From Octopus sinensis (lineage: Eukaryota), in assembly GCF_006345805.1 (NCBI RefSeq), contig NC_043006.1:52514001-52578000 (forward strand): a DNA stretch of 64,000 bases, given 5' to 3'. Of this stretch, positions 1 to 14,289 are shown piece after piece. Position numbers and translations under genes: made by a program. The notes under the pieces were generated by a model. It did not search any database and had not been told where the DNA came from. It saw only the letters and a program-made list of their open reading frames with translations. How positions within the stretch are numbered: the stretch's first letter is position 1; every line of letters begins with the position of its first letter.

Positions 1-751
1 ACAGGAGGGGGTAACTTGAGGTGAGAAATTGATTGGGAGACTTTTTGGGCACTTCAGTGGTTGCTTTGCTGTGAAAACGGGGATTTTATTGATTTTTGGG
101 GACATTTGGGGGGGCCTAGATTGGACACCTTTTGTCCGATTTCAATCAAATTTTCAACATGGTAAAGTGGAAGCGGATTTGTAATTTAAGCGCGGAAAAT
201 GGGTTCGAAATTTTGAAAATTAAGGCAAGATTTTTGAAGTTGAAAATATTTCTTATTTTTACGTATTTTTACCTTTTATTTTTCATTGTTCACAGTTTTC
301 ATTTTTTCTGAAAGAAATTTACAGCTGCATGTAGTCCGTGTTTAGAGCTTTCATTTGCATGGTCAATCGTCGAAAAATTCCCAAAATAAGTACTAAATTT
401 AACAAAGAAATCCTTTTTTTCCTTATTTTTAATCGCTGAAAACGTACAAAAGGCAAGTGTGCTTTCCGCTGTCACTGCTGATATTTATGATTGATCTTTC
501 AAAATATTTTTGTCTCAACTTACTCAAGATCTTTTGTTTTTTTATAAATGGGAGAGAGAGATAGAGGAAGATAGAAAGTAAGAGAAAGCGAGGGAGAGTC
601 CGAGAGAAAGGAAAAGTAAGAGAGTGGGAAAGTGAGAGAGAAAGGAGAGAAAAACAAAGAGGGAGAATGTGGCAATAAGAAACAGAAAGGAAGCAACAGA
701 AAGTAACAACCACACCCTCACCCGCGCGTAGAGCGGGTCACCTTAAGCTAG
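1..751 (+). mobile_element. Non-autonomous Helitron-like element, 3' end
   Basis: GC hairpin acccgc(gcgtaga)gcgggt at about 720-738 followed by CTAG|T at 748-752. The 5' extent is unknown. Confidence 0.5.
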
Positions 752-1094
752 TAAATAGTAAAATTGTGGTGGAGTGTGATTTAAGTCATCTCAATGTCTG
801 CAACAAAAATATTCGATCGATAAACAAGTACGCTTTTTTAATACAAAGGGACATCTCTTGCAAGATGGGTCGGAACGATTGTATCGTTGAATAAAGATTT
901 ATGGCAAATCCATATTTCGTTTTCCTCATCAAATACATACATACATATTCCCCCTTTCTCTCTTTCTCTCTCTCAATCTCCCTCTTTATCTCTTTCTCTC
1001 TCATTCTCTCACACATATACATATATGAAATGTGAAGCATACATACAAGCAAACATATGCATATATATATATATATATATATATATCTGCTGAG

Positions 1095-1360
1095 ACGCCC
1101 TTCGGTCATGACTGACCATAGGATTGCACCTAGGAAGTTACCCTCCCGGGCACAAGTCCGGGCAAGTTTGCTTATGGAAGAGCAGCAGTCGCCCCTGTAT
1201 ACCGGTCTCCCCTCTCCACGCCACTGATGTCATCCAAGGGAAAGGCAAAGGCCGATACAGGTTGGCACCTGTGACGTCGCAACTGAGTGAACTGGAGCAA
1301 CGTGAAATGAACCTCACGATCGTAAACTCGACGTTCTAACCAGTGAGCCAATCGCCTTCA
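1095..1360 (-). mobile_element. tRNA-derived SINE
   Basis: Shares ctgagt(g)..ctggagcaacgtgaaatgaa with SINEs at 22915 and 24548; its 3' portion also recurs at about 39160-39290. Confidence 0.6.
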
Positions 1361-1384
1361 TTGTATATATATATATATATATAC

Positions 1385-1749
1385 TAGCAGTATCGCCCGG
1401 CGTTGCTCAGGTTTGTAAGGGAAATAACTATAAAGCATTTTTAGAGAGTTATAGCCAAAAAATAGCAAAAAAATGGAAAAAAATGATGGTAAATTTTTTT
1501 TGAGAGTAAAAAAGGTGGAGTTGCGTCCCCTAGACAGTTTGCGGTTTGTGTTTCTGATTCTCGACCCCATGTCGAATTTATCGATTTTTTTCAGAACTGG
1601 GGGAACTTTTCAAAATTTTCGCTGCGTTAGTTTTGAATTATGACATTGGGCTATGTGTGTGTTAAGTTTCATCAGAATCGGTTGAAAGCCGTGGTCAGGG
1701 TGAGGGTACAAGCAAACAGACACACAGAAACACGCACAGACAAACTGCC

Positions 1750-1755
<6 letters not shown>
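1385..1755 (-). mobile_element. Non-autonomous Helitron-like element
   Basis: The minus strand ends in a GC-rich hairpin followed by CTAG|T; inserted in a (TA)n tract. Confidence 0.55.
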
Positions 1756-1805
<50 letters not shown>

Positions 1806-1811
<6 letters not shown>

Positions 1812-1899
1812 TTTATAGAAGGACCTTCTACAGGACTACAACTGTTTCATTCAAATGAAACAGTTCTAGTCCTGTAGAAGCTCCTTCTATAAAATAAAT
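1806..1899. repeat. Near-perfect ~94-bp palindrome
   Basis: atttattttatagaaggaccttctacaggactacaactgtttcatt pairs with aatgaaacagttctagtcctgtagaagctccttctataaaataaat. Confidence 0.8.
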
Positions 1900-2340
1900 T
1901 AATTTACTCTGCTATGTATTGAGTACCTTATTTACTGTGGTTAACCCCGACTCAACCCGGGACCTACATATATATATACATACACTAATGTATACATATA
2001 TATCTACACATAGATATATACAAAATACGTCTCCGTGCGTATGTGTTAATACTCACACTATATACATAATGCGCTTCTGACACACATTTGCCGTTGCTAG
2101 TTAAAGAAAGAAGAAAAGACAAGAAAGAACAGGAAGAATCAAATGTGTGGTGCTGAGGTGGGAAGAAGAGATAATAGAAAAATATTTGAATTTTGACACA
2201 GTATCGTTCATAAGAGTATCGAAAAGGGAAAGAGAAAGGAAAGAAAATATACAATACCACCATTGTGTATACTGTTGCCCATATGCACACGCATATTGAT
2301 AGACGTGCATAAACTTACCCGCATAAATACATGCATATGA

Positions 2341-2560
2341 AAGCGGCGAGCTGTCAGAAACGTTAGCACGCCGGGTGAAATGCTTAGCGTTATTTCGTCT
2401 GCCGTTACGTTCTGAGTTTAAATTCCGCCGAGGTTGACTTTGTCTTTCATCCTTTCGGGGTCGATAAATTAAGTACCAGTTACGCACTGGGGTCGATGTG
2501 ATCTTTGTCTGTCCTTGTTTGTCTCCTCTATATTTAGCCCGTTGTGGGCAATAAAGAAAT
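2341..2560 (+). mobile_element. tRNA-derived SINE family A (Meta-domain-like core)
   Basis: Head ggcggcgagctggcagaaacgttagc, B-box-like gagttcaaattcc, core gcctttcatcctttcggggtcgataaattaagtaccag; at least 12 copies in the window. Confidence 0.85.
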
Positions 2561-2974
2561 TATAAATACATATATATATATATATATGTATACATAACAC
2601 ACACACGTAGACACGTATATATATATATAAACATATACACACGTGTATATACATATATATATATACATATATACATATAAACGCATACATACATACATGC
2701 ATGCATGCATATATATGCATGCATATATATTAACACAACTGCATGTCTGGTGTGTTGAATATAAATATAAAAACTGTTGGAAGAAAGGAATGAAGCAATG
2801 CGATTTCAGAGGTGTCGATTAAATGGAGCTAAATGAAAATCAATTATAAAATAAAATTAAATTTAAAGTACTAAAAACACTATTTTATGTAATATGTAAT
2901 ATGAGTAATTTTTATATGGAATAAAGGCAAAGGCGTCTTCGGCAGAATTTAAATCTGGACTCAGCTATTAGCGA

Positions 2975-3212
2975 AATATCTATTTCTTTACCACTCACAA
3001 GGGGCTAAACACAGAGAGGACAAACAAGGACAGACAAACGGATTAAGTCGATTATATCGACCCCAGTGCGTAAATGGTACTTAATTTATCGATCCCGAAA
3101 GGATGAAAGGCAAAGTCGGCCTCGGCGGAATTTGAACTCAGAACGCAGCGGCAGACGAAATACTGCTAAGCATTTCACCCGGCGTACTAACGTTTCTGCC
3201 AACTCACCCCTT
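2975..3212 (-). mobile_element. SINE family A
   Basis: Reverse complement of the 2341 copy. Confidence 0.85.
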
Positions 3213-3639
3213 CTCAACTATTAGCGAAATATCATTAAACATTTTGTCTACCTCGTTAAAGGTTCTAGGATCTATTCCATCTCAATCGCTGATTTTTAAT
3301 TAATATTTTTAACTAAATAGTTTGAAACTTCGAATACTGGTAGAATTTCTCACGTAGAACACGGTTTGCTCTGAACGTTTTTGACGAAATTTCGTATTTC
3401 AGAAGTTATTTCATGTTAAAGTTGTCGTATTTGGGTATTTTCAAGCAATCAACGACCTGTATTCAGTTGAAGAAAGCTACTGCTGTTTGTAATAGAAATC
3501 GAAGAGGAACAACTTCCGGGTCATCTCTACTAAATGTCACCACTGTGTTCTATTCGTACATCGAGCAAAGACGATGTCAACTTTCTCCTTTCTTCCTTTC
3601 TAGTCTGCACTGAACTTGTCACTGCCACTACAATTACAA

Positions 3640-4060
3640 TTATTTTCCGGTGTATAAGCCGCTATTTTTTTGTTTTACCTTCATCTTAAGTCTATCTAAG
3701 TCATGGCCGTTCATATTACAGGTGACTATAAGACCGGTATCCCTGTATAATCCTGCATCAATAAAAGGGAATTTCAGATGTAGGTTGTGTGAAATATAAG
3801 CTCCTATATGAATATATAATTCCGCCCCGTCGTACGAACCCATTGGCCCATCAAATAAAGAGTCCTTGTTCTGTTTACATCAAGCGGAATCGTCATAAAA
3901 GAGGCAATATCTCCTGGCATGCAGGATAATATCTACATCTGAACTGTCGATGGTGACGAGTTGTCACTTTGAAAACTATATATTTCGAACAGGAATTTGG
4001 CAGCGTCACCTCTAGCCGAACAGTTATTCTGTGTTGATGAAGGGAAATAACCTGGAAATC
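3640..4060 (-). mobile_element. Degenerate Penelope-like reverse transcriptase fragment
   Basis: MGSYDGAE...GLYRD(T)GL matches the MGSYDGAE.C.LVG / GLYRDDGL motifs of invertebrate PLE RTs. Confidence 0.7.
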
Positions 4061-4489
4061 GCAATACACAGATATTGTTTTGAGCTGAGTAGGGGTGTTA
4101 AATGCCCTTGTTCGAAAATATAAGAACTCAGATCGTGCCGTATAGCTAGCTCGGGCTAAATTACAGCAACATTCGTCCTAAACCAGAACTGCCATGTTAT
4201 GTTGGCAAACAATCTTTACTCTAGACTTACATTTATATTAATTAAACTTATTTACCATTAATTAATTTACTCTGGATATATATGTTTTCCTTTTAAACTA
4301 GAAATTTCTTTTGACGTAAGGTTTTCTTCGATTTTATACATCTCGATATTTATCCTTCAAATTCAAATGTTTATCTGTCAATGTGAATTGCATTATGGAT
4401 CACAACAGCCGGATGAACGGAAGCGTGAAATTCTAAGTTGCAGTTTTTGTGATTTTTTGTGATTTTTTTGCAGCTTTAATAATGAAGTA

Positions 4490-6900
4490 CACCTATATAT
4501 ATATGATGATGATATGATGATGGCTTTATCATCACAGATGACAGCTGTCCCATCGACATACACCACACGCCATCACACAGCACAATCACTCCGTTGATGA
4601 GCCTAGCCCTCAGATGACATTTAATATCAGCTGCTGACTGAGAGGGTTTAAAACACAAGTGACAGATATTATTTGTTTCTTCTATATCTTTGTCCTTTGG
4701 AATCTGATTCAGATGGTATGTTTTTGTGAACTACCGTATGTCTTTGAAGTTCAGATAATGTCTTACAAGTTTTGTGACATATGACACAAGATTATTACCT
4801 ATCTTGGCATTTCGATTTTCATGTGACTTCATATAATTCATGTATCCTGCTTTTGACAAACGAAAACGATCACATATAATACATGTCCCACATTCAGAGT
4901 TGATTACAGCTCCAATTATTCCTTTGCGACGGCACCTTTTAAGCTCAGAGTGCTGAATCACCTTTTCCTCCCAAGCATTGCAACCACTCCTAACAGCACA
5001 TCTCCGCTTGTTCCGATCTAGAGCATCATTTTTCCAATCACTTTTGTTCATATCTAGTTTCTTCAGGTTTTCCTCCACGCTGTCTTTATACTTTTTCCTC
5101 GGCTTATGTTGTGGTCGCTTGCCAGAGTTGAGCTCACCATAAAAAGACGCTTTGGCAATCGCTCGTCTTTCATTCTAATAACCCGTCCAGTCAATCTCAT
5201 TGGAGCCAAGATAACATGTTGTTCAATTAAGCTAGAACGCGTCATATTTCCACCCCGAAAAGATTGCCATGAACCTTCAAAATGGACATTGCTGCATCAC
5301 TCCTAAAGTAACTGCAAACCTTGTGGCTGTTTTGGTTGCTCTACATCAATTCTGTTTGGTACTCGTATACCTGCACTACGAAATTTTTTGCGGACTCTGA
5401 ACTTGAACTTGGCCCTAACCATTTTGTGATCAGTATCACAATCAGCACCTCGCAGTACTCTGAGACTGCACAAATCTTGTAAGCCAGCTTTCCGAGTTAA
5501 TATAAAGTCAATCATGTAACCTAGCTTTGATTTTGGTAGAATCTAGGTAAGTTTATGCTTCAACCTATGACCTTGGATCAGAGCATATTTGTAGCAGATG
5601 CAACACATTGTTGTTCACCTTTCCTATTCCTCAATATCCAGGTACACTCTAAGTACCATAGTCTCTACCTATACATGCATTAAAGTCATCTAGCACAACC
5701 AACTTCTCATTCAAAAAGACTTATGGAATGCTTCTTCTAAGCTCATCATAAAATGCATGGATATTTCCCTCACTAGCTGAAAGTGTAGGAGCATAAATAG
5801 AGAAAACAGTTACAAAACGTCCACAAGAAAGAGGAATCCGGAGTTTCATTATGCGTTTATCTATGCTTTGAGGTTGTTCTAGGTCTTTTAGCAAATCACT
5901 TCTAATTGCAAACCCAAAGCCATCTTCGTATTTCTAACCCGTCGGTTTTCCAACCCAGAATAATGTGAAACTTGCTGCTCTTTCGGCAAGATGATCTTTA
6001 TCTGAACATCTTGTTTCAGAAGGATCTGCAATATCAACATTAAGACACCTTAGCTCCTTAGCTACTAGGACTGTTCTTCTTTCAGGGCTATGTGCTCGAT
6101 CTAAAAGGGTTCTCACATTCCAGCAGACTAGGTTAAGAGAGACATTATTCCTTGCATACTTGTTATCATTGTTTATATCAATTCTTTGTTTATTCCTGCT
6201 GAATTGAACCTCCGTTTACCTGCAGTGAACTAATCAGTAGAGAAAGTACAGACAATTTTTAGTGCACGTTTTCTAGCACCTTCCCAGTATATCCAGGTGA
6301 GCAGTGTTCTCTTTAAAAGGGCGACTGAGATACAAGATTCACCATCGAAAACAGTTCCTGTCCATGAAAACATGTTGGCGATGTTAAAGTAAGAACCCTG
6401 CCGCTTCATGTGCAGATTTGTAACTATATGCTTCCAACCGGTCAAATCTGCATACGTTGCCACGTCTCTATCACCATACGACTTTTAAAAAGTGATGATT
6501 GTATGATTATGATGTTTTATCATTGGATTTCAGTGACAAACCCTTGTGCAACACTTTTGCCGCTCTTTGGATCAAAATAGTAGATTCCAGCCAGTGACAA
6601 GCAAAGCAAGATGACTAGTACTAAGTTGACTGCAGGTTTTATATCGGAGTACCTTCTAGGCTTTTCATCAAAAGGAGACTGCAAGCTAGCAGTGGTAAGC
6701 CTATTTGAATCCAGAGTTTTATTCTCCTATACTGGTTGTCCTAACGACGGCTTCATTTTAAAACAGGAGCCCAGTCTGCTCCCATCAACAGTCATGGCTT
6801 TGATAGAGCAGCCAATTAAGGGTCTGTCATTACCATGGCCTGGTTTCATGTCAGAGTCTCCTTCTCCTAAAAGAGTTGCCTTCACCACGGCTAATGGGAC
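4490..6900 (-). mobile_element. Decayed RTE-clade LINE lacking the RT core
   Basis: APE motifs WNVRTLLD..PERRT.LVAKEL, IDFILTRK, RGADCDTDH; C-terminal GRVIRMKDERLPKRLF and a C2H2-like CIICDR..MKSH. Many stops and frameshifts; outer limits approximate. Confidence 0.85.
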
Positions 6901-7784
6901 TCATCTACGCCCCCACCCACACAGAAAAAATATATACATATGCACATATTAAAAAAAAGATATACGCACATACACATGCACACACACGCACACACATACA
7001 TATACATATATATGCTTGTATAAGTATGCATGCATATGTTGGAAGGGATCAGCAGATGACTTTTCCCGATTTCAGACATCTTTTCTATGGATGAGAACAG
7101 TATGTGAAGCTGTTATTTAAAAAATAATTATTAATTGATTAATCAATTAATAGTTAAGCTGTTAATGAGAAATAAAATATAGGAACAATGTGTTATTGAC
7201 TCATAAGTCTTGTCAGTATACAACTCGTGCTTCACCCTTTCATTCTGGTCTTTTGCGGAAGCTAATTATAGATCACTAACGTAGTGCAACAAAAATGTTA
7301 ATGGCATTTTTAAAGGTAAATTAAAGCATGTTATTGTTTATAATATGGACTTGAGATTAGAAAACAGCAGGATTTTTCTGTTGTAAGATACAAAAAATTG
7401 AATCAATAAAAGAAACGTGTTACTAATTGAATATTTGCAAAGAAACGCCCAAATTGTTCTTTATCTAAGACCTTTTATAATGTCTTACCTTTGAATTTAT
7501 TTCCCAAGAAATGCTAATAATAAAGAATGAAATAAACTGAATTTTATTTTAAAAGTAACATATTCAGAAATTTTTATTGATGTGATCATCAAATTAATTT
7601 GTCAGAAACAAAAATAAAAGTGATTACCAATTGTAAAATAAGATGCCAAATATGGGATTGGGTAAAAATCCATAATCTGAGGGAAATGATGAAGTCAACG
7701 TGACAGATAACTTAAAACACAACTTCCTAGAGGAGATTAGTAAGCTCTACTGCCCTTCGTCTAAGAAAGAAAAGTCGTGTTTTT

Positions 7785-7829
<45 letters not shown>

Positions 7830-8569
7830 ACACACACACACAACACACACACACACAACACACACAAACTCATTTAGGAGGCCCTGACTCCAAATTAACG
7901 AAAGATTGTGCCGTCCATTCATTATTCTGAAATAGTAGACATTTATTAAATGTAAAAGAGGGCTCTAATCGAGAATGGACATCAAAGTATATTTTCTTTT
8001 CTATATTCTCAAATATATTTGCTATCTATGATGAACAGTTTACAATTCCCAAAGTGCAAATCAACGTTTTATAAACTTCTTTTAATTGATAAAAAAAGAG
8101 CCAGTTTGTATTTTCGGTGATCAAATGCTACCTTTCTGTCACCTATCTGATCACATTCGTAATTTTGTTTCTATCGACAGGTACCTTGATCACTCGATCT
8201 TGCTGGTTCCGTATTCATGTCATGCTTACTAAAATATGTTCATTAAGTGGGAGGCTACTGGAACAACCAAGTCTTTGACAAATATTAAAGAATATCAATT
8301 TTGTTTTGTTGGCGTGATTGTTTTAGAAATGTGAGGCACTCCCACAACTAACAAACACAGTCACAATCTATTGTACATGTTGCTTGACACTTAGTGGCAA
8401 AAATATCTATACACTGAGTTACATTAAAGTTAATTGAACTTATGAAATTTCCAGTCAATGTGATGAAAGAAAGGGTAACGGAAGAGATGTTAACGAAAAG
8501 AATTTAAATCAATAATAATATTGAAACAAGTGACAAACTAGGTTTGTTTTATCGTTTTAGTCATACTAT

Positions 8570-8710
8570 TTACTCTTTTACTCTACCAAATCTACTCACA
8601 AGGTTTTGGTCGGCCCGAGGCTATACTAGAAGACACTTGCCCAAAGTGCCACGCAATGGGACTGAACCCGGACCCATGTGGTTCGTAAGCAAGCTACTTA
8701 CCACACAGCC
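8570..8710 (-). mobile_element. tRNA-derived SINE family C
   Basis: agaagacacttgccc..gtgccacgca.tgggactgaaccc; related copies at about 11870-12170(-), 22345-22745(+), 30150-30545(+) and 59555-59990(-). Confidence 0.75.
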
Positions 8711-8999
8711 TAGCATTAGGATATTCTCTCTCTTTCACTTTGTTTCTCGATATCTCCATCCTTCTTAATACATACATACATACATACATACATACATACA
8801 TACATACGCATCTGAAATCTACCAGTTTTCTTTCATTCTCAGTTTATTTTCTCTTATTCCTTTCTGATGAAGAGTGTAGGCTCGAAACTTAAAAGACTTC
8901 ATTTTCCCGACCGTCAAACTAATACACTTGTTTGTCGTTCATAAATCTGTCTTCTCTTATGTTTTTTTTATATATTTCAACCATATATATATATATATA

Positions 9000-9044
<45 letters not shown>

Positions 9045-9149
9045 TGCGTGCATGTGTGTGTGCGCGTGTGCGTGTATCAGTGTGCATGCCTGTGTGATTG
9101 CGCTTGCAATGACTTATAATAAATGCTCCCATTTTTTAAATACTACTAT

Positions 9150-9269
9150 TGACCTGCTTGAGTTACTTTTAAATGAAAGAATGCGTTTTCACATAAAAGT
9201 ATCTTTCTGACCTCTGCTTGAGTTACTTTTAAATGAAAGAATGCGTTTTCACATAAAAGTATCTTTCTA
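9150..9269. repeat. 60-bp tandem duplication
   Basis: ctgcttgagttacttttaaatgaaagaatgcgttttcacataaaagtatctttct occurs twice. Confidence 0.9.
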
Positions 9270-9369
9270 CAAATAAGAAAACACCTTGATTTCTTGAATA
9301 AGCATACATCAACATATTTACAGATGGGGAAAAATAGAAATGCGAGGTAGTGGTGTCTTTTGCCAAGGT

Positions 9370-10465
9370 ATAATTGCATGTGCTAATTATACTGAAACCC
9401 CCTTCGTTCACGACAAATTATCAGAACGGTTGAAAAAATAACAAAATAATCAAAAATGACAGAGAATACTGGAATTATTTAATATTTAGTGTGAAGCCCT
9501 TTAGCTTCAATCACACTTTGACATCTTCAAACTGCATGAGGAAATTAAATTTCAGTTTTTGCTAGGTGATCTTATCCATTCTTCCTGAAGGGCATCCATA
9601 ATGCTCGCTTATTTTAGGATTTCTGGCTTTCGAACGTTCCTCTCCTAGAATATTCCACACATTTTCAATAGGATTGAGATCTGGGCTTTGAGCAGGCCAA
9701 TCCATACTAATAACCTTTTTCAGCCTTGAGGAAGGTTCATGACCACCTTAGCCTTGTGACATGGGGCATTGTCCTGCATGAATATGTTGGTGTCGCTAAG
9801 TTGAATTTCTCAGCACAGGCAAGACATGATCTTTTTCAAGTTGTTTATAAACTCCTGCATTTACCTTTCCGTGTAATCGCACCAAAGAGCCCACACCATC
9901 TCCAGATATCATCCCTCAAACCATGACACTTCTCCACCGAATTTAACACTGTCTTAAGGCATTTAGGCGCAATTTTTCAACTACTTTTCAACGAACGTAC
10001 CTTTTCCCATCTGAGCCAAATAACATAAACTTAGAATCATCACTGAAATGCACCATTTGCCATTTTTCTCGAGACCACAACAGTTCGATTGCAAAGGTAA
10101 GTCGACACTTTTTATTTTTGGAGCTGATCAGTGGCTTCACTGCAGGTGATCTTGCTTGTAGGTTAGGTTCAAACAAAAATGATGAGACACAGTTTTCGAG
10201 ATAACGTTTCTTCCGTACATGCTCATTTCCCGAGAAACAGAGCAGACAGTTTAAAATCTGTCCTTTTTAACACTTTACCATAGCACGATCTTCTCTCTTG
10301 GTGTTTTTCTTGGCCTTCCTGTAGACTTTCTTGCTTCACTCGAACCACAATCATCGAAGACCTTAAGAAATACCGTGAACAACACTTTTTGACTTGTTAA
10401 CAATCTTGCAATAGGCCCAATACTAAATTATCCTTCTTTCGAAGCTTAACATCTGCTGATGCCTG
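9370..10465 (-). mobile_element. Tc1-family transposase relic
   Basis: Motifs KPLIS...W..VHFSDDSKF, FMQDNAPCH and WPAQSPDLNPIENVW; frameshifted. Confidence 0.9.
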
Positions 10466-11260
10466 GGGCTCCCTCACTTCCCTCTCTCCCCTGATCCTCT
10501 CCCCGGTCTATCATCCCCTCTCCTTCTTTACTCCTTCATCCCCTATCCCCTACTTCTCCCCCATCCTCTTCATTCCTCTCCTCTACCCCTTATCAGCCCC
10601 CGCTTTTCTCCTCCCTTTCTCTCCCCCTCTTCTCCTACCCCCCTCTTCTCCTCACTACACCACATGACTTGACACATCACATCAACATATGATGTGCCAT
10701 ACCAATACACACACCAACTACTACATACTAATACGTTACTAATACATACTAGTACATACTAAACTACACCAACCCTATACATACACACGTCCAGACCCCG
10801 CATACGCACTTATAATCTCTCTCTAACACACACACGACCCTATACATACCAATACGTACTAATACATACTAATACATACTAATACATACACCAAACCCAT
10901 ACATACGCACGTCCAGACCAATCTTACGCACTAATACTCTCTCATACAACACACACACACACACACCACACACACCCTTATACATACTAATACATACACC
11001 AAACCTATACATACACACATCCAGACCCTCCCCACACTTTTAGCTGGCCCTCAACCCTTTTATTCAAACCTATTATCTCCCTTATTTCGCTCTCGCGTCT
11101 CATGTTTGATCTTTGACCTCTGGCCGAAATCAGATCGCCATGTTGATTCGTTAGCTACTGCACGCATTTTTTTTCTCTCCTTTTGTGTTTTTCTCTCTCT
11201 GTGTATCTTTCTGTGAAGAGCGTAGGCTCGAAACGTTAAAGACTTGTTTTATTTTATTTC
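10466..11260 (+). mobile_element. Repeat with Penelope pLTR-like terminus
   Basis: Low-complexity C-rich tract ending in ctttctgtgaagagcgtaggctcgaaacgttaaagac; the same terminus occurs at about 8860(+) and 43060(-). Confidence 0.45.
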
Positions 11261-11411
11261 ATGAAGATGTCGATCAAGACAGAAACAATTGTATGGCGGT
11301 TTTTTTGACTATTTATTAAAATGTTTATTTTGATTAAGTATTTCCTTGTTGTTTTAAAATAGTGGTTTTGTCTATATATAATATATAATATATATATATA
11401 TATTATATATA

Positions 11412-11457
<46 letters not shown>

Positions 11458-14289
11458 CATATACATAGTTAATCCAAACAAGAAAGCACAAAAAAAAACA
11501 AACAACGCGAGGATGTGGAACAAATATAGTATTATTGGACGCTCAGGAAAGATCCAGAGAAGGGAAGACAGAGGAAATAAAATCGCCAACGGTACACATG
11601 CATATATATATATATATATATACATACATGCATATTGATATAAGTGGACTCTCTTGTCATAAATGAGAGGTAATGATTCTGCAACTGTTTATTGAACAGT
11701 CTGCACCGATAATTTGTTTGTAGTGATCAAATGTGTGCTGTTTGATGGCATGAGTTCTCTTTGTCTCTCATACAGAGGGACAGAAGGTTGTAAAAGACGA
11801 TTAAGCTTTAGAAAAAAACAAAAAGAAAAAAACCAACGAATAATATTGATTGGTTCAGAAGTTGTATTATTTATTTGTTTTAATCATTTGCCATGTTTTA
11901 ATCATTTGCCACCATGCGGACTTATTTCTTTTGTAAAGCCTAGTACTTATTCTATCGGTCTATTTTGCTGACCTGACAAGCCGTGGGAACATAAACACAT
12001 CAACACTTGTTATCAAGCGGTGATGGGAAGACAAATACAGACACAAAGACACATACGGCGGGCTTTGGTCAGCCTGACGCTATAGTAGAAGACACTTGCC
12101 CGAGGTGCCACGCAACAGGACTGAACCCGGTGCCATGTGGTTGGGAAGCAAGCTTCTTACTACATAGCTACGTCTTCTGTTCTACTATTCGTTCTACTAT
12201 TATTTCGTCTTTTTGCTGATTTCTCTTAGCTTATGAGAAGATTTGAGGTACAGGGATAGCCAACATCCCATATCATACAGACCTGGTATTACTTAGCTCA
12301 ATTAGTTATTTATAATAACAACAGTGGTTACCAATGTACTGCATGATCGATATGTTTTACTAGTTCAATAAGATAAAAGAGAAGGAAGAATAGAATCGGA
12401 AGCGATCATAACATTAAAAGGCTTTCCTAAATAGGCCAACTTAATGCTATAGATATTCTCATTAGATATGTGACGGGAAAGAGTAAGTAGTGAAGGAAAT
12501 CCTGTAAGTTTTTTTTAGAGAGGAAGGATTAAGTGTACTTAAGGTTCCCTGAAGTAAGAAAAGAAAACGTGGATGAATCAGATGGATTTGGGCAAGGGTT
12601 ATTCATCGCTTGATGAGGAGTAAAGGAATGGTCAAGGTGAAAGATCTGAAGAAGGGGTCGAAGTGGCTCTAAAGCAAATCCGGTTATAGGTTCATAGGTA
12701 AATACTTACTCGATGTGTTATATCTGGAGACATTTTACTATTGTGATTATTAACCTGTGAAGCAGTCATCACAGCGTATCACAGTTAGTGCTCTTGCTGC
12801 AAGTGACCACTCAGAGATGCGGATGTTATGTAAACGATCTGATAGGGCAGATGTAACATCTGTAACTAATGAGCTGACTTAAAGTACGAAGGTATTAGGT
12901 AGTATGGTTCAATAAAACGATTAGTATGATGACTGGAGAAAGTCACTTTCATTAGAAAGTATTAATCATATGATCCTATGAGGGGCAGAAATTGCGATAG
13001 AAAGAAATCAGGCTTTTGTAAACAAGAGATTACAGTGTTTGTAAGTTGGTGAATCTGTCAAGGATACGAGTAGGTGAGGATATTAATGGATTCTTAATGG
13101 TGCAGCCAATTGAAGAGTTTAAATTATTTTGCTCCTGTGGAAGCAGCGTCAATGTGGAAATAGTGTGAACGTCAAAGAGAGTTGTGGATATTAAAGGCAC
13201 GAAGCCCGATGACTTAAGAGAAAAGTCTTCAATTTTGCACCAATATTCTCAAATAGATGATTGTGGTTGGATGTCTCTGGAGATTAATAGAAAGATGAGA
13301 TAGATTTAAATATATGAGTAAAAGACATTAAATCATAATAACTGGAAATATTATTATTATTCAAGAGAGAGTTGTCTTGATATCAGATATAAGTTAGGGA
13401 GATAGATGTAAAAATTGTCTCTCAAAGTGTAATAACATGAGATATGTCAATAGAAGGTGCTAGATTAAACCAATGTTGATTTGTGGTTGATATATCTTTG
13501 TGTAGCGGAAGTAATTATCATTCTTATGGCGTACTTTCACCTTATTTTACGAAAACGAGAAAACATTTACAAGAAAAGCGTCTTTTCCAGAACAACTTTG
13601 GTCATAAAAGGACGACCTCTGTCAATTAAACTTTCATTTCTTCCACTAAAGCATCATCTGTACATTTCTCTAAACGCCAACAACAGTAGTACCCAGTAAA
13701 GTGTTCAGATACTTAAACTCAGTGATTTTAGAGTTCAATATTAAACAATAACACTGAGGATAGTTAAAGAAAACTTCACACATGAAGTAAGAAAATCCAG
13801 TGAAAAATAACGTTTGCATTCAGCTTACTAATCTAAACTTGGACGATCGTAATACATACAGGCTGACCTGTCGAGGAATTTCTTAGATATGACACTCAGA
13901 GCTCAGTCAAAATGTCACAATTTATTCATACACTTCTTGTGATTTTGTGTTTGTTTTTGGCTTTGCCAAGCTTTTGATATTTCTACAAAGAACTAGACAT
14001 TGGTAAAATAAATTATTCCATTGATTAAACAAAGCTTCAGTTACTGGGTGTCCTGTTCCATAGTGCCTTTCTTTTCTTCCTTCCTTTCTTTCTTTCTCCT
14101 TTTTTTCTTTCTTTCTTTTTATCTAATTTCTGTTTATCTAATTATCTTAACTATCACAAATATTACTCATGTGATTAGAATATAGTTATAATTAAAAGTA
14201 CGACAGAGAAAGAAAGAAAAGGAGAAGAAGGTGGACGTTATAACATCCGGGAATTAATATTGTTTCCTTTTATATCTCTACCAGATGAA

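Noticed and set aside
2341-2430. tRNA genes
   Set aside because: A/B-box-like heads run into SINE cores and do not form complete cloverleaves.
12300-13450. Possible very old LINE endonuclease region on the minus strand
   Set aside because: Only faint motif hints; too decayed to call.
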